NCBI GenBank assembly: GCA_027604505.1
Contig: JADIIX010000063.1
Location: forward strand, 62,001-126,000
From: Gonapodya sp. JEL0774
Lineage: Eukaryota
Length of the DNA: 64,000 nt
Direction: 5' to 3'
The translations under genes were made by a program, and so were the position numbers. Positions 37,526 to 48,625 of the stretch are shown here, one piece after another. The notes below the pieces were generated by a model. The model saw nothing but the letters and a program-made list of their open reading frames with translations. It was not told the origin of the DNA and did not search any database. Position 1 is the stretch's first letter; every line of letters starts with the position of its first letter.

Positions 37526-40094
37526 ATGCGCGGGCGCAACGCAAAATCAGGACGGCGGGGGCCTGGAAGAGGAGGATCCCGTCACACACCAAAGGCGGCG
37601 ACAGGCCAGATGGTTCCATTGCCTGGACGAGAGGACTCCATGGTAGCGAACAATGCGGGGGGGTTCATTTTCAAAGGTGAGAGATGGAACAGTCCCTCAG
37701 CACACCGAATGGTGGTACTTGTTTGATTTAGCTGGATTGATCGTTATTTGCTCGCGCGGAAGCTAACACGAACTTTTCTTATTCTTCATGTTATGTTTTC
37801 ACATTTTACGCTCAGTCGCGAATGCTCAACAGCTCCGACGGTTCCTCGTCCTGGGCGCAGCAGGTGGAACCTACTATGTCGGCGAGCGCGAACTGATCCT
37901 GGAAAACGCTCTCCACATCAAAGGGATGATTCTAAGCGGTGAAGGTCGGGAGGTGGTGGAAACTGTGTTGGATTTCTCTGTGGTGTGTTTTCATTACATA
38001 CTATTATGACGTGTGCAAAGGAGCAACCCAACTGATCAATTTCTCTTTTTCACCACCCAGAATGCCCGCACACCCAAGCAAGACACTCTCACTTTCACTC
38101 TTGCCTTAGCTTATTCCTTTGGGGACAAGAACGTCCGATCCCTCGTCTTCCAACACCTCGCTGCAATCTGCCGTATTCCCACCACCCTTTTCTCTTTCCT
38201 TGAGTTTGTCAAGCATCTCGGAAACACGAATCACGCAAAGTCCGGACGCGGCCTGCGTACAGCCATTGGAAAATGGTACAATGGCGTGACGGAGGATGTT
38301 GGGGAAGCGGCCGTGAGACAGGCATTCACCTGCACCAAGTATAAGAACAGGAACGGATGGACGCACCAAGATGTGCTCAAAGTTTTTCACGTCAAGCCCA
38401 AATGCCAGGAAGCTGCTCTTCTGTTCAAATGTGAGTTTTCGAAAATTCATATGCTTCCACATGTCGTCATTTCACTCTATCCTTTGCATTATTCGCAGAT
38501 CTCACGCAACCATGGAAGAAGGTGGCTCCAGAGTTTGCTGCGTATCTCTCCCAGCTCGATTCTTATGCCCCAGAAGCACAAGACGACAACACTTCGGCGG
38601 AAGACACAGGTGCGGAGATAGAAGCGTCCGCGGACAAAAAGCTACCAGACACAACCGATCAGAAAGCAGACTCAATGGATGAAGACTTTGTGATGGTTGC
38701 GTGCCCAGCTCCTCTCCTCACCGAGACTCCCGAGCTTACAAAGACCACGAGCCAAGCAGACGCCACCCCTCCTGCAGGGACTGCGACTCCTGCTGAAAAA
38801 ACTGTTCTCAAGGAAGAGGTGCCTTTGGTGATCGGCGTGCACGAGACCGCTGCTTCCGCAGAGAGCAAAACACTGGCGGTGACTACCGCACAACCAAGTG
38901 ATGCCACTCTATCCAGCGAGGAAGTACTTAGCGATGAGGCAAAAGAGAAAGCAGAGAAGAGACATGCAGCGAAGGAAGCTCGTGAACTCGTCCGACAACG
39001 CAAGCGTGCCAGAATCGAAGCGCACCCAGTCAAAGTAGCGAGCCAAGCTACCATGACGCGCCTGGCTCAGTTTCTGACGGACCTCGAAGGGATAACACCT
39101 ATTTCAGAGTGCAACGAGGAAAATGAGGACAGAGTTGTGGCCACGATCAAGAAGTGGATGCTCGCGCGGGAGCAGGTCCCATCCCCTCTCTTGAACAGTA
39201 AGGCTGTGTGGGAGGCGTTGCTCGAGGAGATGCCGATGACAGCGATGATGAGAAACTTGGCTAAGATGACGTCTGTGGGCTTGATCGCTCCTCTCTCCGA
39301 CGCGTCTGCGACTATCGCCAAGCGCCTCAAGAACGCCAACGCACTCAAGAGGGAAAAGATACATCCATTTAATGTCCTCTTGGCGCTCAGGACTTATCAA
39401 AGCGGGCGTGGGGTCAAAGGAAAGTTAGAGTGGGAACCTGATCAGATGGTCGTCGGTGAGCAGGCACTTTTCAATTGATCAGTTGTGAAGATGTTCTCAC
39501 AAAAACTCTTTCATTTATGAAATTCAAGCTGCCCTTGAGGATGCGTACTATCTGTCATTCCAAGCCGTCGAACCGACAGGCAAGAGGTTTCTCCTTGCCC
39601 TGGATGTGTCCGGATCGATGAGCTTCCCGATGAATGACTCACCGATGTCTTGCCGTGAGGCGTCGGCTGCTCTGAGCATGGTCACCGCCCGCACCGAAGA
39701 GAACTGTCACTTTTTCGGATTTTGCGACCAATTTGTACCGCTGAACATCACGCGCAATGACACGTTGACGCAAGTGGAGACGAAGATATCAAACCTGCCG
39801 TTCGGTCGCACTGATTGCAGTCTTCCAATGGTTTACGCACTTCAGCAGAAAATATCTGTGGATGTGTTCGTTGTATACACTGATAACGAAACATACACTG
39901 GGCGTGTCCAACCGGTCACTGCATTGGCGAGTTACCGGAAGGAGATCAACTCTGAAGCAAAGTTGGTGGTGGTGGGCATGACAGCGACTCAGTTCACCAT
40001 CGCGGACCCAGAGGATCCTGGAATGATGGACATCGTTGGGTTCGACTCGGGCGCATTGCAGGCGATGGGAGAGTTTGTCAGTGGAAAGATGTGA
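37526..40094 (+). CDS. RO60: Ro60 (TROVE + vWA) RNA-binding protein, copy A
   Basis: Exons 37526-37676, 37816-37982, 38061-38430, 38499-39455 and 39529-40094. Motifs NNAGGFIF, LRRFLVLGAAGGTYY, CRIPTTLF, GRGLRTAIGKWY, KYKNRNGWTHQDVL, MPMTAMMRNLAKMT, MIDAS DVSGSM, TDNET and GMMDIVGFD. Confidence 0.96.
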
Positions 40095-40302
40095 AATCTG
40101 GACCAAAAGGAAGTTGGTTCATCATTGATTTTCGTGAGGGTTTAAATAGAAATTTGCATGCGCCTTTGTAAACCAATTTGTAATTCAAAGAAATATTTGA
40201 TCACATTCCAATTGACATATTAGCACAGAACATCTATGCAGAGACAAGCATCATTGCAGTAAAGAGAAACGATGCATTCCAAACTTTGCCATCACAATTT
40301 AA

Positions 40303-43300
40303 TCACGACCTTCCCGCCAAAGTGATATGCTTTCTTGGTACGGAGATCTTGCGCCTCTTGTTGGACCCTTGAGTCATGGTGGAGGGAGCCGGAGACGCCG
40401 CCGAGGCGGACGCAGTGTACATTACCTTCGGCGGAGCTCTGGGCACGGTTTTCGGAAGCTGAGAGTACTGACTGTCTTGGGAGGCATTGAAGTGATCAAC
40501 CTTAAAAGCGAAATTGTGTTTGTCGTCAGTATTTTGCGGTACCCTGAAACGGTTGCACGAAATGTACTGGGCTTGCATCCGCATTCTCCTTAGTGTTGTT
40601 CTCTTTATGCCGTTGCGTTGATGTTGCCTGGCCAAGCTCAGAGGCTAACTCGTCATCAGCATCAACTTCTTCGATAACCCTCTTCTTTCTTGACTTGCTA
40701 CTCGGTGGCGTCATTGGGGCTACACCCAAGGCGGGTCCGTTGCTTACAACATCTGTGAGAGGAGTTCGGCTAGTCTGGAGCACGGAACGAGGTTTGGACA
40801 GAATTGGAGAAGGAGGAGCAACGCGACGGTCTCGATCGGCTACATTCCGCGTATCTGTGGGTTGAGGGAGAGGCTGCTTAGGCAGCTGGAGCTTCGGAAT
40901 CTGTTGTTGGGTGTTCAACCGGAGGAGCAATTTGCGAGGAATTGTGAGCAACCACAAAAGCCTATCAACCAAGAGAGAAATACCTCCGGTACTTCGTTCT
41001 GAACAAATTGCGCTTGGTAAATGCGAGCTCGAGCGCTCTCGTCTTGATAGAATTCCATTTTCCCGTACTGTATGTTGAAATTAGTGTCGCGAAGCGAAGA
41101 ACTGTCGTGGAAGGTTTTCCTCCTACCAACCTTCTTCTTCTTCCTGATGAGACCTGCCCTTTTGAGTTCTTCTACAATGTTTCTCCCAGTGGCTAAATTA
41201 CACCCTGCGAATCAGTCGAATGCATTATCATTTGATCCAACACATTGCGCCCTGGCGAAGACATACCAAGTCTCGTGCTCAGAAACTTGATTGACGAAAA
41301 ATCCTCCTCCCAACATATTTTGACCGCCCTCTTGATCAGCGCAACGTCTGCACATGCTGGTAGGTTCCAGATTGCCTCAGAGCAGAATACGCACGTATGA
41401 TTTTCCCCCTCAGCCGCGATGGCCGCAGCGTCCCAGAAACCTGTACACAAACGTAATCGACATCTGTGGCACTGATTGAAAGCGCTCCTCGGCAACTCAC
41501 CGTAGCACGCCGCATGAGCCCAATGCTTGCAAAGTTCACACTTGATCATCACCCCGTCATCCTGCATTAAAGAAAAATATGTGGAATCTTCAAACGGGTA
41601 ACAAATGTAGTCACATCAGCCGGCACCTCACCGTCTCGTTCCCGCAGACACATGAAGTGTCCCTCCTTCCCTGGGTCTTCTCCACTCCGGAGCTCCTCGC
41701 CTCTTCTTCGTCCACCTCCATCTCCTCAACAATCACTCTGGCACCTCCGTCAAGCTTGCCATTCTTGTTTTTTGCCACCGCCTCCACCTGCTTTGTCTTC
41801 GCGCGTTCCCTTCCGGCTCCGGACGCCCCAACACGTAGTCCCTGCATTCTCTCTACAACTTCTCCTGGTCCCGATCTTGCACCCGATCGACTTCCTGACC
41901 TTGCACCCGATCCGCTCCCCTTACCCCGAGAAGTGGAGCCTCTTCGTCCGCTCTTAGCCCTCGTCCTACCCCTTCCAGATGTGGAGCTTTTGCTGGCCTT
42001 CGGATTGTAGTCCTCGTCCAACTCAACGTCATCCGGCTCACTCGAAACTTTTGCCAACAATGCCTGTACTTCATATACTTCAGGTGATACGTCCAGTTCC
42101 ATATCGTCAGTGGGACCGGATTTGGCTCTTCCAGTAACTCCTCCAAAACGAGACGATGTTACATCCACCTGACTGTCCGGGATCTCGAAATCGCGCTCCC
42201 CATCTCCATCCTGTGATACCCCGTCCATTAGATCGGGCGAACGCTCCACCATACCGTTTATCCCATCTCTCTCCTGCCGTTGCCCCGATGATCTCGTAAA
42301 AGGTTGAGAACCGTCCCAATCCCTTTCATTCACACTAGCTCTGGGTGTTAATGTCCCAACTCCTTGACTGGCACCATCGCTTATCTGGCTCGGGCCCCCA
42401 CCAAAGACTGCACTCGTTGCAGATTCGCCCCTCTCGAGGTCCCTGATGAGTGCTTGCGTGTTTTCGCCTTCATCGGCGTCGGGAGGTGTCATGACCGCCG
42501 GGTGAAATCGGGATCGGGGCCGAGAGAGGCCAGCTGAAGAGGAGATGGTGAAAGGATCGACGGAAAACTCTACTAACCCTGATCTCATTCTTCTCTGCAA
42601 AAAGCACGAGCCCACCTCCCACACCCCACTCATCCTCGCCTGCCTCGCCTTCGTCGACGCCCTCTCTCATTCTTCGTTGGCTGTCCTGGATTTGCGATCC
42701 CGTACCGGAAACGTCATCGCGTGCCAACGAAACCGTGCTGGGGAGCGGAGAAGACGAAGCTTGTGCAGTTGGAATCGGTGAGACTGACGAAAATCAAATG
42801 GCGGTAAAGCTCCGAGAACTTGGTGACATCGGACTGTTCACTCACCCCCACCTCCAATGCCTTGCTCAAAACTGCCCATAATTTCGTCACTCGGAGCCCT
42901 CGTCGCCTCCTCCGTTTCCTGAATCTCCACAACCTCGACCACCTCTAGTCTTTCGTATCTTTTCACATCTTGTCTTATTCCACCAAAAACTCCAGGCTCT
43001 TCCTCCGCGACTCTCGCCTCGTCCCTTCCCGTATATTTGCCATTTGACGGAGCAGCAAGGGCCTCTTGACTGTCTGTCACCTCCTCCACTCGATCTTCGG
43101 AGGCAGCATCTTCACATGTCGTGCGAATGCGAAGAGAGAGCGTGTGGTGTGCTGCAGTGTGTTTTCGATAAGGGGTGAGTCGTTGGGACGTTGGGACGTG
43201 ACCTGCATTAGTGATCTACTCACGCGTCTCAACGGACCCAATAGCTATACGGGATGGCTCCTCTCCGAAAGCGAAGTTGCCTGAATTGAAGAGGACGATC

Positions 43301-45084
43301 AGTTATGCAAGCGGTTGCAATAGACGTAGCAGAGGGCAGACGCAACAAAACCATCCTCGTTGCCCCTGTAGGTCCACTCACCTTCGAGCTCAGCAGGTGG
43401 TGCCGCGAATCCAGGAGGCTCGTAGTCTGCGGGCGTGATAGCGTCGTAGTAAAAGAGCTTCATCGTGAGGTGACGAGAATCGGGGAGAGGCTGAGGAATG
43501 GGGCATTCGTGGAGGTTTCCAGGAGAAGTAGAGGAGCTCCGTGAGAAAAGACGGAGTCAGATTGCAGGTAAGAAGTGCACATACGGCCAGAGTTTGGGTA
43601 AGCATCAAGAGCTTCCGGAGCTGCGATGGAGTGATGGGTGAGGTGGTAGTGAAGGTGATCCATTAAGATACATTCAGATCTCGTTGATGGGCTAACAGAA
43701 CAAAGACAACAAAAAAAATTCTGGCGCATCCTCCTGAATATGGAATTTAGGAGGTTCCCCACGAACCCCCATACTTGCCCCTTTTCTGACCTAGCCCGGC
43801 TTATTACTCACCAACACAATCGTTGCCTTCCGCATATCTTCCTTGGTCGCACCCTGTACCTGTGACTGAGGTTCCAGCGTCTCTTTTCCGTTCCTGAGTG
43901 GCTGTTTTCCTTTCCCCTTCCCCTTGTTCTTGTCCTGGGCGGTTGGGCCAACCGGCTTCTCGATGGTGTGAACAAATGACCAATGCACGTCCGATGAGGG
44001 GTAAGTGAAAGAGAAGGTGTACGATTCGACGAGGTCATTCGGTTTGCTGCACAGTGGGTATTTGCAGTGTTCGTGAGAGTGTTGGGAACGCAAGTGAGAA
44101 TGCAAGCAGGTGGTGAGAGATGGAAAGGTTGACATCCACAGTGAATCAAACACTTACCTCGGGTCGAGGTAGATACCAAAGACCACAGATCGGAGCTGAC
44201 GAGCGTCGGAGGCGCCAGTCGATAAGGTGAAGGAACGCGGGTGGAGAGGGCGACAGATCCAAAGCGATAGAGGTAAAAAGGACAATTAATAATATATTCT
44301 CGTTGGAGTACCCTCCATGATTGTTTGATCCTTCCGTCATTGTGAGATTTATCGTCCCACCTCGCCACCGCATGCTCCAGCAATACCCGACTATGTGCGT
44401 GCTACTGGAGGTATACGCACATATTTTTTCTCGATCGCATCCGAAACTCCCTTTTCAATCCAGTCGGCAATTTCGTCGGCGTCTGGAGCCATTCCTCTGT
44501 GGAAAGTCTTGATTCTCACACCGGCGACGGCTGTTCGAGAGGTGGGATGGACGAAAGGGATTAAAAGATGGGTAGATCAATGGCAAAAATGAAGCGCAGA
44601 TTGAAGGGGAAAGTTGAGAAGACCCAAGGAGGTGGAGATGCGGGTGGGGGGAATGCTGAGGGTGAAAATGGGGAGGCGTGAATTGAGCTGAGACAGCGTC
44701 AACTTGCCCTGATCCCTGTAATAGTCCTCGGGAAAGAAGCCACGTAAATAACTGGGTACCGAAAGGGATGAATTGAAGGGCCATATGAGTGAAAAATGAA
44801 GGCGGGTGTTTTGGGAGTGGTGGGACGAGGCCAGCCAGATTTGAGAACACAACACAGCGGGAGGGCAGAGACTAAGAGACTCACGTGATCGAAGCCAATG
44901 CGGTCGCTGTGAGCCGGTGACAGATCGAAATCAGGTCAGTCTCGCGAGGCCAGTGTCGTGCGAACGCGACCTACACAGGATACCCACAGAGAAGGTTTTT
45001 CACCGCAGTGAGGGACGTCTGCTCGCTCAAAACTTCCGACTTTTGCGCCGGTGGGCGCTGCAGCTGCGCCTGGGCCGAAAGCAT
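40303..45084 (-). CDS. HOP1: meiotic HORMA-domain protein Hop1/HORMAD with PHD-winged-helix chromatin-binding region and C-terminal closure motif
   Basis: HORMA motifs EQTSLTAVKNLL, ASIT|YLRGFFPEDYYRD and VESYTFSFTYP; PHD SCVCG...MIKCELCKHWAHAACYG...CVFC; C-terminal KRRKISVPRK, resembling the yeast Hop1 closure motif (RKISVSKK). Confidence 0.88.
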
Positions 45085-45875
45085 CGCGGATTCGTCGAAG
45101 TTGAGTTGTGTTGAGGTTCTATTCGTCGCCCCACCCACTCAAGAGAAGTGGCACAGCGGCAGATTCGCAAACTCCAAAAAAAAAAAAAAAACTTTTCTTG
45201 CTTTTCGGTCCCAAACTCATCAAGCGCGTTCGGAGCGTACAGATCATCTACGCAGGTGGGTGTTTGCGTTTGCTGGAATGCAATCTTCTTCCGTCATTGG
45301 ATCGTCCGCATGCGGGGAAGGACTTCCAGGACCAACTGACGGAAGACGACGACCCAGGGCCTAGTAGTGGCTATACCCAGCGTGGCACATGCCGACCAAC
45401 CTCTCGAAGAGACGCATCCTTCCATCCGTGCGTTTGCGTGTTCTCCGCTAGAATGGAGTCTCTCCTCGGAGATACAATGGAAAATGGAACCAAAGCTACA
45501 GTGAGTTCTGAATCATTACCAACAATTGAGGTGATAGTCTTCGACACAAACCAACAGATGCTGACTGAAATCAACACTTAAACCACTGCAAGAAAGTGTG
45601 GACTTTGGTTTCAAGTTTTCATTGATATGTCGATTTGATGGAATGGAGTGCTCAGTTCACGATGAGTCACCCTGTCATTTTAATTAACATAAATCGAGAA
45701 TTTTCTGGAGCTGAAACTGCATGCAACCTGACAAACGGTGGTCAGTATGCTGCCGGCGCCAGTGATTCTAGTCAAGCGACCGACCATGTGCATGTATCTC
45801 AAGGCCCAAAAGATAAGTTTAAACATTCAATTCATGTAAATATGACTAAAAATACATTTGCAAAGGGCCGTAGTA

Positions 45876-48200
45876 CTACACTCTTCCGCTGACAAACTCT
45901 CCCATTGCCTGCAATGCCCCGGAATCAAATCCAACGATATCCATCATTCCGGGATCCTCAGGGTCAGCGATGGTAAATTTAGTCGCTGTCATCCCCACCA
46001 CCACCAGCTTCGCCTCAGGGTTGATTTCCTTCCGGTAATTCTCCAATGCCTTGGCCGGTTGGACCTTCCCAGCATACGTCTCGCTATCCGTGTACACCAC
46101 GAACACATCCACGGGTATTCTCTTCTCAAGTGCATAAACCATTGGGAGACTACAATCCGTGGACCCGAAAGGTAAATTAGATATCTTCCTCTCCACCTCC
46201 ATCAGTGTGTCATTGCGCGTGATGTTCAGGGGTACAAATTTGTGGCAAAATCCGAAAAAGTGGCAGTTTTCTTCGATACGGGCAGTCACCATGCTGAGCG
46301 CGGCCGAAGCCTCACGGCACGACAGGGGTGAATCCATGATCTGGCAAGTCATAGATCCGGAGACATCCAAGGCGAGAAGAAACTTCTTGCCTGTTGGTTC
46401 GACGGCTTGAAACGACAGATAGTACGCATCTTCAAGGGCAGCTGCAGAATGACCAAGAAATCGTTAGTAAACAACTTTGGGCGAGATCACGATAATTCAA
46501 CTCGCACTCACCGACCACAGCCTGATCTGGGGACCACGTCAGCTCGCCCTTGAGGCCACGTCCCTGTTGATAAGTTCTCAGTGCTAGGAGCACGTTGAAG
46601 GGGTGCATTTTGGCCTTTTTCAGTGCGTTGGCGTTCTTGAGCCGCTTCACGATCGTCGCTGACGCTTCAGAGAACGGGGCGATCAAGCCCACCGAGGTCA
46701 TCTTGGCCAAGTTTCGCATCATGGCTGTCATGGGCATCTCCACGAGCAAGGCCTCCCAAACAACCCGGCTGTTTAGGAGAGGAGACGGAACATGCTCCCG
46801 AGCAAATTTCCACCTCCTGATAGCGTCAACAACCTTTGCTTCGGTGTCGTTAGTCCTCTGCTCAATGGGCGTGATCTCTTCAAGGGCCGTGAGGAATTCG
46901 ATGAGACGGGACATGGTCACTTTACTGGCTATCTTGATGCGGTTCTCAGCAATCTTTGCTCGCTTGCGTGCCTGCACTGCCTCGATCTCCCCGCCATTGT
47001 CTGCTGCAGGAGCGGCGTCCTCTTCTGGCCGTGAAACCACCACAAAGTCCTCCTCTACTGTTGCCACAGGATCCAATACGAGTTTGGAGCGGAGGGCCTC
47101 AAAGTCTGGTGCGACTGACTTCCAGGGCTGCGTGAGATCTAAAACACAAAACAGAAAGCATGAGTCTCACATCCATTTGTTGGTCGTGCAAAAGAACTCA
47201 CAACTCACATTTGTACAAAAGAGCAGCTTCCTCGCACTTGGGCTTCACATGGAACACTCTCAGCACATCAGCGTGTTTCCAACCGTTCCGATTCTTGTAC
47301 TTGGTGCACGCAAATGCCTGCTTCACCGCCGTCTCCCCGACATCCTCCGTCACACCATTGTACCACTTGCCTATCGCCGATCGAAGACCCCGACCCGATT
47401 TGGGGTGGGTGGTGCCACCAAGAAGTTTCGTGTACTCGAGGAACGCGAACAATGTCGTCGGGATGCGACAAATGTCTGCGAGGTGTTCGTAGACAAGAGT
47501 GCGTACTGCCTGATTTCCAAATGTCAATGCGAGAGCCAAGGTGAACGTGAGAGTATCTTGCTTAGGAGTGCGTCCGTTCTTTGAGAATTCAATAATTCGA
47601 CATTAGTTTAAATCGGAGAAACGGAGGTGATCGAAGACTTTGCACACACAACCCACCACCGAGAATTCCAAAACTGTCTCCACAACCTTAAGACCTTCGC
47701 CTCCTTCAATCATTCCCTTGATGTGCATAGCATTTTCCAATTTGAGCTCGCGCTCCCCGACGTAGTAAGTTCCACCTGCAGCGCCAAGAACAAGGAAGCG
47801 ACGGAGCTGTTGAGTGTTGGCAACTAAATGGTGTACACAAGATGAAAGTGAGTGCCGTGGGAAGTCTCCGGAAAGTGAAGAAACACAACTAACCTTTGAA
47901 CACCACTCCACCTGCGTTGTTTGTTACCATCAGATGTTCCTTCCCTGGTATGGGCACCATTTGGCCGCGAACTCCCCGTCCTCCCCTTGCCATACCCCGT
48001 CCCCTTCCTCTTCCACGCCCGCGACCACGAGCACCACCCCCTCTCACGGGTGTGGGAGCAGGCACTGGCTGGGCTACAAACACTGGAGCTGCACGAGCTT
48101 GTGAAGCGGCCATGGAAACACCGCGGCCCCGAATAACACCCCTCGGTGCATTGCCACCACGTACGTCGGACGCAACCTGAGACCAAGAGCGGTTCTGCAT
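45876..48200 (-). CDS. RO60: Ro60 (TROVE + vWA) RNA-binding protein, copy B
   Basis: Same motifs and same four intron positions as copy A, with DVSGSM and TDSET and an RG-repeat N-terminus (RGRGRGRGRGRGMARGGRG). Confidence 0.96.
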
Positions 48201-48625
48201 TTTGAGCTGGTGGAATATTTTGAAACTCGAGTGGGACTACGAAATAAATCACGGTTTATAAAGGACGAAACGCCCCTCGTACTTGCCCCTCGGGCAAGGG
48301 CCGGCCGGTCACGACACCACAGCCGCGCCCTTGTTACCAGCAGCCCGCAGCACCGGAGTGCACGTGTGAGTGCACGAAGTCGAACTGCTTCTGAGAGAAT
48401 CAGTTTGATTGTGACGCGGTGTGGGGTGTTTTGGACAAACGTAAAATCCCCACGGGCACAAATTGAGCACGTGTGAAAACTCCAGATCAGGACAGAATAC
48501 CAAGAAAGATGAACATTTCAATCACGATCCGTACTCGTTTCGTGGCTGAATTGACGTGAACTGATTCAATGCGGGTTTTTTGAATAACAACAACAAAGAA
48601 TAACCACATCTTCCCTGCACTCGGT

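Noticed and set aside
40303..45084. Bacterial CBASS-like HORMA defence system
   Set aside because: The gene has spliceosomal introns and meiotic Hop1 architecture, and no CD-NTase or TRIP13 gene is nearby.
40094..45876. Flip-flop inversion of HOP1 mediated by the inverted Ro60 copies
   Set aside because: The copies differ at many synonymous sites and their introns are dissimilar, so there is no sign of the near-identical repeats such switching needs.
46595..47584. Long antisense ORFs (e.g. 46595..47584 +, 2381..3193 +, 8516..9217 -, 4277..4936 +)
   Set aside because: They are shadows of real genes on the opposite strand and have no recognisable motifs.
48370..48392. tRNA T-arm/B-box-like GTTCGAC on the minus strand
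   Set aside because: There is no 5-bp T stem or cloverleaf, and the B-box match is imperfect.
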